A DNA stretch of 64,000 nt from Candidatus Obscuribacteraceae bacterium (GTDB lineage: Bacteria > Cyanobacteriota > Vampirovibrionia > Obscuribacterales > Obscuribacteraceae). The DNA is taken from positions 416,001-480,000 of the forward strand of contig JBGAHS010000006.1 in the NCBI GenBank assembly GCA_044226015.1, written 5' to 3'. The notes beneath the pieces are model-generated. The model was given only the letters and a program-made list of their open reading frames with translations. It searched no databases and was not told the DNA's origin. The position numbers and the translations under genes were made by a program. Numbering within the stretch: the stretch's first letter is position 1; each line of letters opens with the position of its first letter. Below are positions 52,001 to 60,738 of the stretch, one piece after another.

Positions 52001-52275
52001 CAGAAAAGGAATTCTCCGATGCAAACATCGCGTGGCTAATAGCTGACATAAACTTCGATCAGACAACACAGCATGAAATTGACGGAAAACGAGTAGTTGA
52101 AGTTATAAAAGGGCAGGATTTGCAATTGCCTCTTGAAAGTGAAATAGCTGAGTTCTACAATCGCCGTGATGGATTTGTTGACCCCGACAATTTGGTCACC
52201 ATCATTGTTGAGAACGAAATCAACCGCGACAAACTAGACAAAGATTTGAAGGATATTCTTGGACTGGCAAGATGA
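49084..52275 (+). CDS. Giant low-complexity protein with C-terminal LysM-like domain
   Basis: ~900 aa of S/N/A/K/G-rich sequence followed by KIKAEETLVSIAEKEFSDANIAWLIADIN...GQDLQLP. Confidence 0.8.
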   Translation: MPLEEQDDSIKKRHEEPDNSSSRLRSESDLALRENMNTSRSPSDTSKVPAISLDESRTTSNKTDTRQVVTRVSDDDASPDSFFAPRKDNGSAKPSPQAELPPNSKGTLKENFNSSPDINTKQDTYSVKNVAEKTQQNSSDSGSAYRSVADTLTRTAAGVGASLVHEINNANARIATETAMAANSPVQSLKSEIKNNIEPSFTSPKQLEKLEANSASIGNMLNSASREVGSALAQKASLAGSVGELVNRSDSMKQEMQHYAQAAKAVEAHNLETRADGLKGDGYAGAKSYENMVKNDAFNSFAAKEALKMENSGGAKTESGLLHGADNTNGILPKIEGAIRNNGEPGAKSPEPAGRSLEAAIKTSGDSIRTTESRLSEQGKQLGEQLSKSPELGAKINSQDLRSNVPENTLKPGAIDNARLSPSDSSIKSNAPEQSNKVSPSDNGSRVNSPETVSRPQTEPGNKVGLEPVHKTTADNIVSKSTADNVAKVSADSSLKGSTIPGAKVEPGTHTEAAKLEAVRVGEQKNQTGAVKDAGTNSTIGKSETAANSIAIKLDPSKGELSTKGDHAAIKLDAGVAVKSAMLNSSEMHSAVQNSISKLDARTLPSTNNDAAKVILQGKVENQTSITGARDNGARDIQTNKSAQAEVSTTRSIAQSNLSAKAEEHIVAGKNQSSQLEGKVNTSNINNIAGTRNAEVAAAGGRAQANIAQGKEISGGNRADLNGRSDATVGQKGSTIGNAAILGGKVAGDAAVGVKGAGRAIRAEGGRYLTGVEIGLLIAAVGIAKARNDARNAKPGEGAAKEFSTHKGFLTERGSRITELTANVRRFPGKEITLSAMLAITGAAGKQSEQANGMANRSMDFNIRIERSIGATGGKTSKEDLVAAALFQQKEADPPAELTDKKKPEEEDSKLDTQLLGLLPSAALLRGRKNEAEETDESDDITAASDSLDLGNTASAYRRVVKIKAEETLVSIAEKEFSDANIAWLIADINFDQTTQHEIDGKRVVEVIKGQDLQLPLESEIAEFYNRRDGFVDPDNLVTIIVENEINRDKLDKDLKDILGLAR

Positions 52276-53416
52276 CAAAGCAACTCGGGCTCTCGCGGAA
52301 AAACTGCGAATGCGCCGTTTTTTGCGTAATGTACTCTGGGCAGGAGTTAATACACTCTATGTAGCTGGGCTCAGTGTATTAATCAAACCGACAGACCATG
52401 CCACTTTTGCAGAACTTGTTCACGGTTTTGATGACCTGATAACAGCACTTAGAAAAGATCTTTCCGGGGTAAGCGAACCGTGCGGCACTATATGCGGTTG
52501 CATAGGCTTTTTCCTTTTTTCCAACGCAGCAATCTGGATCAGTCAGAGATTCACTGGCGCAGTTCGCGTGGTCGTGCTGATTCAATTATCAGTTCTTAGT
52601 CTTTTATATGAACTTGTATGTTTCCAATTCTTTGGTGCCGAAGGTCGCCCACTCTCGACAGTTCTAGCTATTGTGCTGTCTCTCTGCGTAGGGATATTCT
52701 TGCGAAAACGAGATACAGAGAGACGCGAGCTTGATGCAAAACAGATTGAAATCAAATTGCGAAACGATGAACTGCAAGAGTCTCGACTGGCACTAGTGAA
52801 ACAAGACGAGAGTGAACGCCGCCTTCTAGCCGCCGATTTGCACGATCAGGTGCTGAATGATTTGCGCAGCATCCAAAAGAAATTTGAGCAGTATGTCAAA
52901 GAACCCAGCACTGACTCAAAGGATGCAATCAATTCGCTACTAAAAACAACCATGAGCGACATTCGCGAAATCATGGATGAGCTTTGCCCGGTATTACTTG
53001 AAGAATTCGGATTAGGGGCAGCTATTGAAGATCGCCTTGATAAGGCTTCGAAACAGTCCGGATTTCAGGTCAGGTATAATCAGTCTGCATCCAGCGATAC
53101 TCTTGACCGCCTCTCGGCTGTCGAAAAACAACTGTTGTATCGCCTGGTACAGGAATCTCTTAACAACGTCAGCAAGCACGCCGCTGCTACAGTTGTGAGA
53201 GTAAACATCGACGAAACCGACTCACAACTGTTTCTTCGAATAAGTGACGACGGTAAAGGCATTGACCCCAGCAAACTTTCAGAAAGTTCTAGAGGAACTT
53301 TGTATATGCGGCTTCGGGCAGCCCTGATTGGTGCTAAAGTATCATGGAAGCCGGGTCCTGATGGCAAGGGTACTACAGTGGAGATTCGAGCGAATGTACA
53401 AAATACTGGTAGTTGA
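52259..53416 (+). CDS. Membrane sensor histidine kinase (HisKA_3, NarX-like class)
   Basis: TM helices; ERRLLAADLHD, QESLNNVSKHA, DDGKG. Confidence 0.93.
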   Translation: MDWQDDKATRALAEKLRMRRFLRNVLWAGVNTLYVAGLSVLIKPTDHATFAELVHGFDDLITALRKDLSGVSEPCGTICGCIGFFLFSNAAIWISQRFTGAVRVVVLIQLSVLSLLYELVCFQFFGAEGRPLSTVLAIVLSLCVGIFLRKRDTERRELDAKQIEIKLRNDELQESRLALVKQDESERRLLAADLHDQVLNDLRSIQKKFEQYVKEPSTDSKDAINSLLKTTMSDIREIMDELCPVLLEEFGLGAAIEDRLDKASKQSGFQVRYNQSASSDTLDRLSAVEKQLLYRLVQESLNNVSKHAAATVVRVNIDETDSQLFLRISDDGKGIDPSKLSESSRGTLYMRLRAALIGAKVSWKPGPDGKGTTVEIRANVQNTGS

Positions 53417-54149
53417 AGACGTCGCAGCGTTGAGGCAGCATGTCATAAAGATTTTGAAAGAGACTGTGCCGGATATCCACATAGTCGAAGCTACCAACGG
53501 TGCCGAAGGGCTCCGCATGTATAAGGTTGAGCGTCCTGACCTAATTGTTATGGACATTTTGATGCCAGAAATGACTGGAATCAAAGCGGCTCAACAAATA
53601 TGGGCTGAGAACTCAAGGCAAAAGATTCTCTTCTGGTCGCAGTTTCACAAAGAAGCATATGTCCGAGAGTTGGGAAAAATCGTTCCAGATGAAGCCATTC
53701 ACGGATATGCACTGAAAACTGAAAGCGATGAGAAATTGGCTCACGCAATCAACACAGTACTTGTTCACGACAACTCGTATATCGACCCTATAGTGCGCGG
53801 TGTACAGCATGCAATACACGTAAGAGCTGGGCTCTTAAACGAGAGCGAAGCCGCCATTCTCGAAGATTTGATTCTCGGACTTACAGATAAAGCCATTGCT
53901 ATGCGCCAGCACATCAGCGTAAGGGGTGTGCAAAACAGAATTTCAGCGCTGTCTGACAAGCTAGTAAAAGGCTTGGACATTCATGCAAAAGAGACCGCTG
54001 GCTTGGAAGTTTTCAACACAAGAATGCGTATTATGCTCGAAGTGTTCCGTCAAGGTTTTGTTGAGCCAGAAGAAATCGATGGATTGGAGTCAGACCTGGC
54101 CGGTTGGATGGCACGACGCTTGAACTTTGAGATGCCGAGCAAGAAATAG
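53394..54149 (+). CDS. NarL/FixJ-family response regulator
   Basis: ILVVED, MDILMPEMTG, GYALK, C-terminal HTH GLTDKAIA...ISVRGVQN; start ATG 53394. Confidence 0.93.
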   Translation: MYKILVVEDVAALRQHVIKILKETVPDIHIVEATNGAEGLRMYKVERPDLIVMDILMPEMTGIKAAQQIWAENSRQKILFWSQFHKEAYVRELGKIVPDEAIHGYALKTESDEKLAHAINTVLVHDNSYIDPIVRGVQHAIHVRAGLLNESEAAILEDLILGLTDKAIAMRQHISVRGVQNRISALSDKLVKGLDIHAKETAGLEVFNTRMRIMLEVFRQGFVEPEEIDGLESDLAGWMARRLNFEMPSKK

Positions 54150-54161
54150 CTTCAAACATTC

Positions 54162-57100
54162 TCAATCATCGCCAAAATCCGACTCGCTTAGCTTCGGTAG
54201 ACGCAAACAGTACAAATTTCCTTCCTCATGAGGCTCAACGGAAACAGTGCCGCCATGCTTCTCTACAATAATGCGTGCCAGTGCCAGTGCAAGCCGCGAA
54301 CCGACGTCAGCTAGCGGCACAGTGTCTAAATTCAATTTGGAGTAATGCCAAAACAATTTCTTGCAGTCATCGATTGGTTGCGCGTCATCAAAAATTTGAA
54401 TGAGACTATTTTCTTCTTTGTTTTCGAGACGAACTCTAACCTTGCCAGACGATTCCGAAGCGAAATCAAGAATGTTTGACACAGCTTGTGCAAGGCGATC
54501 GAAATCAGCGTCAACAACAGTTTCATCCAGAGCAAGAGTATATTCAAGTTTGACCTTTTCTTTGTTTACACACGCCTCAATCGATTTCTTGAGTACATCT
54601 GCCAATTCGATCTCTTCAAGACGCATTGTCATCTTTCCAGCTTCCAACTTCTCGAGGTCCAAAAGATCACTTAGCACCTCAACAAGAGCTCGACAGTCTG
54701 CGCTTATTTGATTCAAAATCGCAAGCTCTGCGGGCTCGACCACACCGAACGAACCTGCTGCAGCTAGTTGGGTCGTACCATGAATAGCTGTAAGTGGTGA
54801 GCGCAGGTCATGACTTACCATGTTCAAAAAATCTTGCTTTAGCTGAGCGAGCTGCTTTCGCGCTGTGATATCGTAAGCAACGCAGTAAGTTTGCGAGTCA
54901 TCTGGCTTGCGTGATAAAGACCATTCCACATCGACAAGTTCAACGTTTTTTCTAAGGACCTGTCCTTCTAGCTGGTATCGGGCTTGCTCTTTTGGTTCAG
55001 ATTCAACAGCAGCTTTGATTTTCTCAACACTCTCTTTGTCGGAGACAAGGTCAAATAATCTTTTCGTCGGTACTTCTGCTCGGCTTAAAGACAGAAGTCT
55101 GCGTCCGGCAGGATTTATACTCAAGAATTGACCTTCTCTACCGAGCACACAAATAAGGTCTTGAGAGTTATCAAAAATTGCGCGCTCCTTCTTGCGAGCG
55201 TCACTGAGCGCAGCAGCAGTGCGATGAAACTCTTGATCCAAATTTGCTATTTGATCGTTTCCATCAATTGGTAGATTCAAACTCTTATCGTTAGCCAGTC
55301 GATTAGCGTTATCAGCGAGAATCATCAATCGAGAGTTGATATCTCGACTAAAGTAGAAAGCAAGCAAGACTGAGGAAAGTATGCTGCCAGCAAAACCCAT
55401 AGCGAGAACTTCCCATTGTGCCTCGCGCAGAGACTTTTGCTTTGTTGGACTCATCTGCTCTTTGCTTTCTGCCAGATTAACGATGCCCTCAAGATTTCGG
55501 TAAAGGCGAAGCAAGGTGGGAATCATCGCATGCCGAGAGGAAAATGGCAAAAATATTTCACGGTTCAACCGCACATTCTCTTTGGCTTCTGCATAGCTTT
55601 CTTCAATGTAATTGAAGCAATCTTCTGACTTCTTCAACAACTCAAGTTCAGATGGGTCTTTTGCAATCAAACGATAAAGCTTTGCTTTGGTTTGCCTGAG
55701 AACCTTCATATTGCTCTGAATCTTTTTCCAGTCATCATCGCTAAACTCATGCCCGAGGGTCGTTTGCGTATCGACACTGAGTATTGTCAGAGCACTGGCT
55801 GCATTCGAAACCAATCGCTCATGTAATTCGTGAGACCTTTCCTTATCCACTTGCATAAGAATTACGGAGAGACTGCAGACCAGCACAATTTCGCAGAACA
55901 AAGGCAGACCAACGAGAACAGCGCCCTTCAGCGGCATGCCGATATTGGATATAAACTTGAATCGATTGGCGACCACAGCAGGCAGACTTTGGGTCTCCGA
56001 AAGTTCGTGATTCCAGACCTTGCTCACTGCTGGCTCTGCAATATCTGAATGGAGCGCAGGAACCTTTTTCGGTATTGAGAACCAGAACGTACTGCCTTTA
56101 TCAGCTTCACTTTTGACACCAATACTGCCACCATGCGCTTCAACTATCTGCTTGCAGATTGGCAGCCCCAAGCCAGTTCCGGCTTGTCGTTTGCCGTCTG
56201 ACTCTTCGACTTGGGAGAACTTTTCAAATACACTAGAAATCTGATTTTCTGGAACACCTCGCCCATAATCAATCACTTCGCAAACAAAGCTGTTGTCATT
56301 TTCCTTGCTAACGATTTCAATCTTGCTTCCATCATCTGAGAATTTTATTGCATTCGTGAGTAAGTTGACGAGAACCTGAATAATTCTGTTTTTGTCAACA
56401 TTCCAGGAAGCTTCAATGCTCTCATGAATAATACGGATCTGTTTTCTTTCTGCAAGCGCCTCAACATTGTTAACCGAGCTTTCTATTAACTTCGAAACCT
56501 GACACCATTCCGTTTCAATTTTTTGCCTGCCAAAAGACTCATTATTAATCGCAAGTAGATCGTTAACCAGGCTTACCAGGCGCTTCATATTGCTTCCAGC
56601 GCCGCTCAACTTAGTTCTTGCAGTCTCGCTCAGATTGTCTTTGTGTTCTCGAATGAGTGCGTTGAACGAATTAGATATGGAATCAAGCGGCTTCTTCAAA
56701 TTGACGCTAATCATACTCAGGAAACGTGCTTTAGCCTGCTCAAGCTCCTTTTGTTCTGTAATGTCGTGAATGATGCAAAAGGCTTGTTGCACGGAACTCG
56801 ACCAATAGGCAGAACAAAGCATCACCTTTTCTTCTTGATTCTTTTTCCTTACAGCAAACTCGAAAATACGAGGTTCTCCCGTTTGCTTGGCGGCTTTCAG
56901 CTCATCCACAAAGCTTTTGGCGTCTTTTTCTGAGAGTAGCTGCGCAATTGAAAGACCAATCAACTCGTCCACATCATAGCCCCAATAGTCACGACAAACG
57001 GGGTTAATTTTTACAAAAACGAAATTCGAATTGAAGACACAAATAACATCGCTAGCATTTTCGAACAATGCCTGCTCTCTTGCAGAAGCATCACTTAGCT

Positions 57101-57863
57101 GCTTCTGCATTTCATGGAAAGCCTTATCAACTTGTGCGATTTCATCAGTTCCAGATAAAGCAGGCTGCATTTCTTTTCCCATGCGAAGAGCTTTCGCATT
57201 AGAAGTAATGGTTTGAATTCTTCCCAGGATTTCAGTTCGATAAAATAAAGCAAGCCCTGTTGCCAGTCCAACATTTGCTAGCAAACCGAATAGCAGAATA
57301 TAATTTTGTTGCTGACGAATTCTTTCTTGTCGCTGCCTGGTTAGAGCCGTGGCATCGTCACCATGCTGTACCATCTCGTGTAATCGCACAGAGGAATCTG
57401 TCGCAACCTTATTCATTTCGATAGACAACTTAAGCAACCAGTCTAAGGTTTCCTTTGCAGATTTCTTGTAGTTCCTTGCAATTTCTGCAGCGGCATCCAG
57501 GACTCTAGCTTGATTGCGCTCAAGATCATCGACAAACGTGAGGGAGATCTCTGGACACTTCTTCTTAATCTCGTCGGCTTCTACAGAGAACTTGTTTATG
57601 AGTGCAACATTTTTTTCGTAGTTCTGAAACAATTTGTCAGAGCGAAACTCCATTGCTGCAGCCAGGAGCAATGGAACTTCGACAGTCAGCGATAACAACC
57701 TGAGCTGCACCACAGCACCACGCCGATAAACAACCTCTTTGAGCTTTTCCTGTTCAGACTGATAAAGTAGGACGGTTAGGCTCGAAAGTAGGCCAAGCTC
57801 AAGCAAGAGCGGTAGCCCAACTAAAATCAGCCCCTTTTGAAAAACCTTGAGTCCGGCTGGCAT
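54162..57863 (-). CDS. Tandem-duplicated sensor histidine kinase, (TM-sensor-TM-HAMP-PAS-HisKA-HATPase) x2
   Basis: Two full modules. Module 1 has H-box SVNLKKPL and intact N/G boxes; module 2 has H-box SHDLRSPL and a degenerate ATPase. Confidence 0.93.
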   Translation of the reverse strand: MPAGLKVFQKGLILVGLPLLLELGLLSSLTVLLYQSEQEKLKEVVYRRGAVVQLRLLSLTVEVPLLLAAAMEFRSDKLFQNYEKNVALINKFSVEADEIKKKCPEISLTFVDDLERNQARVLDAAAEIARNYKKSAKETLDWLLKLSIEMNKVATDSSVRLHEMVQHGDDATALTRQRQERIRQQQNYILLFGLLANVGLATGLALFYRTEILGRIQTITSNAKALRMGKEMQPALSGTDEIAQVDKAFHEMQKQLSDASAREQALFENASDVICVFNSNFVFVKINPVCRDYWGYDVDELIGLSIAQLLSEKDAKSFVDELKAAKQTGEPRIFEFAVRKKNQEEKVMLCSAYWSSSVQQAFCIIHDITEQKELEQAKARFLSMISVNLKKPLDSISNSFNALIREHKDNLSETARTKLSGAGSNMKRLVSLVNDLLAINNESFGRQKIETEWCQVSKLIESSVNNVEALAERKQIRIIHESIEASWNVDKNRIIQVLVNLLTNAIKFSDDGSKIEIVSKENDNSFVCEVIDYGRGVPENQISSVFEKFSQVEESDGKRQAGTGLGLPICKQIVEAHGGSIGVKSEADKGSTFWFSIPKKVPALHSDIAEPAVSKVWNHELSETQSLPAVVANRFKFISNIGMPLKGAVLVGLPLFCEIVLVCSLSVILMQVDKERSHELHERLVSNAASALTILSVDTQTTLGHEFSDDDWKKIQSNMKVLRQTKAKLYRLIAKDPSELELLKKSEDCFNYIEESYAEAKENVRLNREIFLPFSSRHAMIPTLLRLYRNLEGIVNLAESKEQMSPTKQKSLREAQWEVLAMGFAGSILSSVLLAFYFSRDINSRLMILADNANRLANDKSLNLPIDGNDQIANLDQEFHRTAAALSDARKKERAIFDNSQDLICVLGREGQFLSINPAGRRLLSLSRAEVPTKRLFDLVSDKESVEKIKAAVESEPKEQARYQLEGQVLRKNVELVDVEWSLSRKPDDSQTYCVAYDITARKQLAQLKQDFLNMVSHDLRSPLTAIHGTTQLAAAGSFGVVEPAELAILNQISADCRALVEVLSDLLDLEKLEAGKMTMRLEEIELADVLKKSIEACVNKEKVKLEYTLALDETVVDADFDRLAQAVSNILDFASESSGKVRVRLENKEENSLIQIFDDAQPIDDCKKLFWHYSKLNLDTVPLADVGSRLALALARIIVEKHGGTVSVEPHEEGNLYCLRLPKLSESDFGDD

Positions 57864-58008
57864 TGCCAGTTATCCTGATGAGTAATACCAATTTATACCC
57901 AGTTTATTCCGCCAAACTCCCAGGAGACAGGCTAGACTGGACTTTTAGAATTTGTTTGGCGATATGCAAAACGAGCAGTAAAATGAATGTCCAAAAGACG
58001 AGGGCCTT

Positions 58009-58998
58009 ATGACGAGCAAATTTCCAAAGTTGGCAGGCTTGCTCTTGCTTGCAAGTGCGTTTTCAATACAATCAGCTTTTGCATGGAGCGACCTTGGCCA
58101 TATGGCAGTGGCGTACATCGCTTATCAAAAGCTCTCACCAACAGCAAAAGAGCGGGTGAATCAGCTAACAAAACTGAACCCTTTCTGCGAAGCATGGAAG
58201 GCGGAAATTCGCGAGTCTGGGGCAAAAATAGACACTGACACGGCACTTTTCATGCTGTCAGCAACCTTTCCAGATTTGATCAAGACAGACTCAAGATATG
58301 AGTCTGACGGTTCGGAAAAGGGAAACAGCCCCGACGACCCGAGGGCAGCGCAGAACATTGGATTTGCTGATCACCTCACGCATAAATACTGGCATTACTA
58401 CGACCTGCCGTTTTCACAGGATAAGGCACAGCTGTTCACTCCACCTGCGCCAAATGCGCTCACGCAGATAGCCACGATGCGCAAGACACTGGCTTCTGAT
58501 GCCAGCGATGATGTAAAGTCCTACGACCTATGCTGGTTGACACACATTGTTGGCGACGTACACCAGCCCCTTCATTGCACGACTCGAGTCAGCAAAAACT
58601 CCCTGCATGGCGACAATGGTGGCAATGACGTTTCTATCTTGTACAGCCCTTCAAAATATAAGTATCAAACCTTTTACGAAGGCATGAAACCACAAATCAG
58701 ACTGCACTGGTTTTGGGACTCTTGCCTCGGAAACACGGGGTTAAGCCACACGCTTAGAGTGGCTACGCAACTGCAGAACGCCAACGCAAAAATGGCAAAT
58801 GACTTGAATGAGAACGACTGGATCAAGGAGAGCTTTGACTTAGCAAAGAAGAAGCTCTATTCCTCCCCGATTGGTTCTGGAAATGGTCCATTTTTGATGA
58901 CTCCCAAATACGAACAGGCTGCCATAAAAATCTCGCGCGAACGTGTAGCGCTAGCCGGAGAACGGTTAGCCAAGATTCTGAACAAAGAACTCAAATAG
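58009..58998 (+). CDS. S1/P1 nuclease, exported
   Basis: Signal peptide followed by WSDLGH, FPD, WHY, HIVGDVHQPLH, GDNGGN, LHWFWD. Confidence 0.95.
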   Translation: MTSKFPKLAGLLLLASAFSIQSAFAWSDLGHMAVAYIAYQKLSPTAKERVNQLTKLNPFCEAWKAEIRESGAKIDTDTALFMLSATFPDLIKTDSRYESDGSEKGNSPDDPRAAQNIGFADHLTHKYWHYYDLPFSQDKAQLFTPPAPNALTQIATMRKTLASDASDDVKSYDLCWLTHIVGDVHQPLHCTTRVSKNSLHGDNGGNDVSILYSPSKYKYQTFYEGMKPQIRLHWFWDSCLGNTGLSHTLRVATQLQNANAKMANDLNENDWIKESFDLAKKKLYSSPIGSGNGPFLMTPKYEQAAIKISRERVALAGERLAKILNKELK

Positions 58999-59194
58999 TA
59001 AAAGACGCCGAAATAGATTCTGAGCAATGTATCTCGGCGCCTGGGGATTGGTCGGGTGAGTCAAATATAGCCCTTTCCCGTGCAAGCGCCGTGCGAAGGA
59101 TGTGGATCCGGCAGCATGAAAAGCGGTAGAACAAAAAAATAATCGATCACAAACTTTTAGAACAGGACAGTTTAATCTGCTGATAAAGCGGGGA

Positions 59195-59746
59195 ATGGAT
59201 TATAATGACCGCTCGTGCCACGGAGAAAGGCTTGAAATGACTGGAACTGCAAATTTGTCCGAAGAAAACGACCTCAACTATGCCAACTTTTTGGAACGCC
59301 TTCAGCTAGAGCTGGAGCGCTCAAAGCGTTATAACAGAAGCTTTTCGCTGTGCCTGTTCGCTCTGGGCGGCGGCGGCGTTGAATTCGCGGCAGTTGATGT
59401 CAAACCATTTGTGAAAGAACTGTCCAAACTGATATCTGAAGTAGCACGAATACCAGACATAGTTGTCAGCAGCTCGTCGGACGAGCTGGCTTTGATAATG
59501 CCTGAAACTCCACTACCAGGTGCATTCACCGCAGCTGATAGAATTCGCAAGCGCTTGATGGACCACACCTTCAAACTCAATGGCGAAGACACAAAATTGT
59601 CTGTGAGTATGGGTGTAGCTTCTTACCCTGATCATGCAAGTGATACCCAGGGACTTGCTTCCGCTGCCCATCAAGCTAGAGAACTTGCATCAAAGCGTGA
59701 GCCTAACTCCATCGCATCAGCGGCTGAAGTCAACGAAGGCGAATAG
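59195..59746 (+). CDS. Degenerate GGDEF-domain protein with intact RxxD I-site
   Basis: ELERSKRYNRSFSL, RIPD-x5-SSDEL, SVSMGVASYP. Alternative start ATG 59237. Confidence 0.85.
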   Translation: MDYNDRSCHGERLEMTGTANLSEENDLNYANFLERLQLELERSKRYNRSFSLCLFALGGGGVEFAAVDVKPFVKELSKLISEVARIPDIVVSSSSDELALIMPETPLPGAFTAADRIRKRLMDHTFKLNGEDTKLSVSMGVASYPDHASDTQGLASAAHQARELASKREPNSIASAAEVNEGE

Positions 59747-59809
59747 TCACCATATTTGGTATCAATAATTCTGCAAAGGGAAGTGGCAAACTTCCCTTTT
59801 TCTTTGAAA

Positions 59810-60532
59810 TCAGGGATGCGTCTTCCAGCGCTCAAAGTGCTTGGCCACAATATCAACAGCCTCAGCCGGAGTATTAACGCAAGTGGGAATCTCAAGATCT
59901 ACCGGATTTGCCAGAAGCATTCCTTCTTCCAGCATGTTGTCACCAGACCAATCGACAAGCTCACGCCACATTTCACCAATTAAGATAAGTGGCGTATCGT
60001 AGAGCTTGCGAACCTGAAGAAGTTGCCAAATCATCGAGAGTTCCAACAGGGTGCCTATGCCGCCGGGAAGAACTATGAATGCATCAGACGAAATGACAAA
60101 GTGGTGCAGCCTTGAGAAGAAGGTCTTATGTTGAAAGGCCCTTCCGACAAAAGGATTAGGTTCTTTTTCAAACGGTAAATCAATACGTATACCGATTGAC
60201 TTGTCCATTTTGCCACCAGATGCGATGGCAGCACCCTCGTTAGCAGCCTGCATCAAACCGGGCCCGCCACCAGTTATAATACCGCAGCCAAGAGCTGAGA
60301 GTGCCTGAGAAAGCTCGCGAGCTTGCGCATATACAGGACTGCCCGGCTGAATTCTGGCCGAACCAAACATGGTAACAAAATAGTGCTCTTTGTGAGTTCG
60401 GCGCAATCGGGTCAGCTCATTCACGACCTCCCAGAGGTTCTCGACAGCTTTTACGAGAACCTGAGACACGTTTTCCTCATCTGACAACAAAACGACGTCT
60501 GTTTGCCCTGGCCTGATAATGTCGCCGGTCAT
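59810..60532 (-). CDS. LOG family protein (nucleotide monophosphate nucleosidase/phosphoribohydrolase)
   Basis: FGSAR, TGGGPGLMQAAN, PGGIGTLLE; AGGAG RBS before ATG 60532. Confidence 0.92.
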   Translation of the reverse strand: MTGDIIRPGQTDVVLLSDEENVSQVLVKAVENLWEVVNELTRLRRTHKEHYFVTMFGSARIQPGSPVYAQARELSQALSALGCGIITGGGPGLMQAANEGAAIASGGKMDKSIGIRIDLPFEKEPNPFVGRAFQHKTFFSRLHHFVISSDAFIVLPGGIGTLLELSMIWQLLQVRKLYDTPLILIGEMWRELVDWSGDNMLEEGMLLANPVDLEIPTCVNTPAEAVDIVAKHFERWKTHP

Positions 60533-60738
60533 TTTCCTTTTCTCCTGGATACATACGAGTGAAGCAAGGAGGACCACTCGCAAATTTCAAACTGACTCTA
60601 GCCGCAGAATGCTTAAAAAGTAAAGCCAGCTTGCAAAAAACCGGCTATTACTTTAACTTAATATGAGGGGAGCAAGGTTTGATCAACCTTTAACGCAAGC
60701 CCTAGTACGATTTCAACAGTCCCTTTTGGTTCGTTTCG

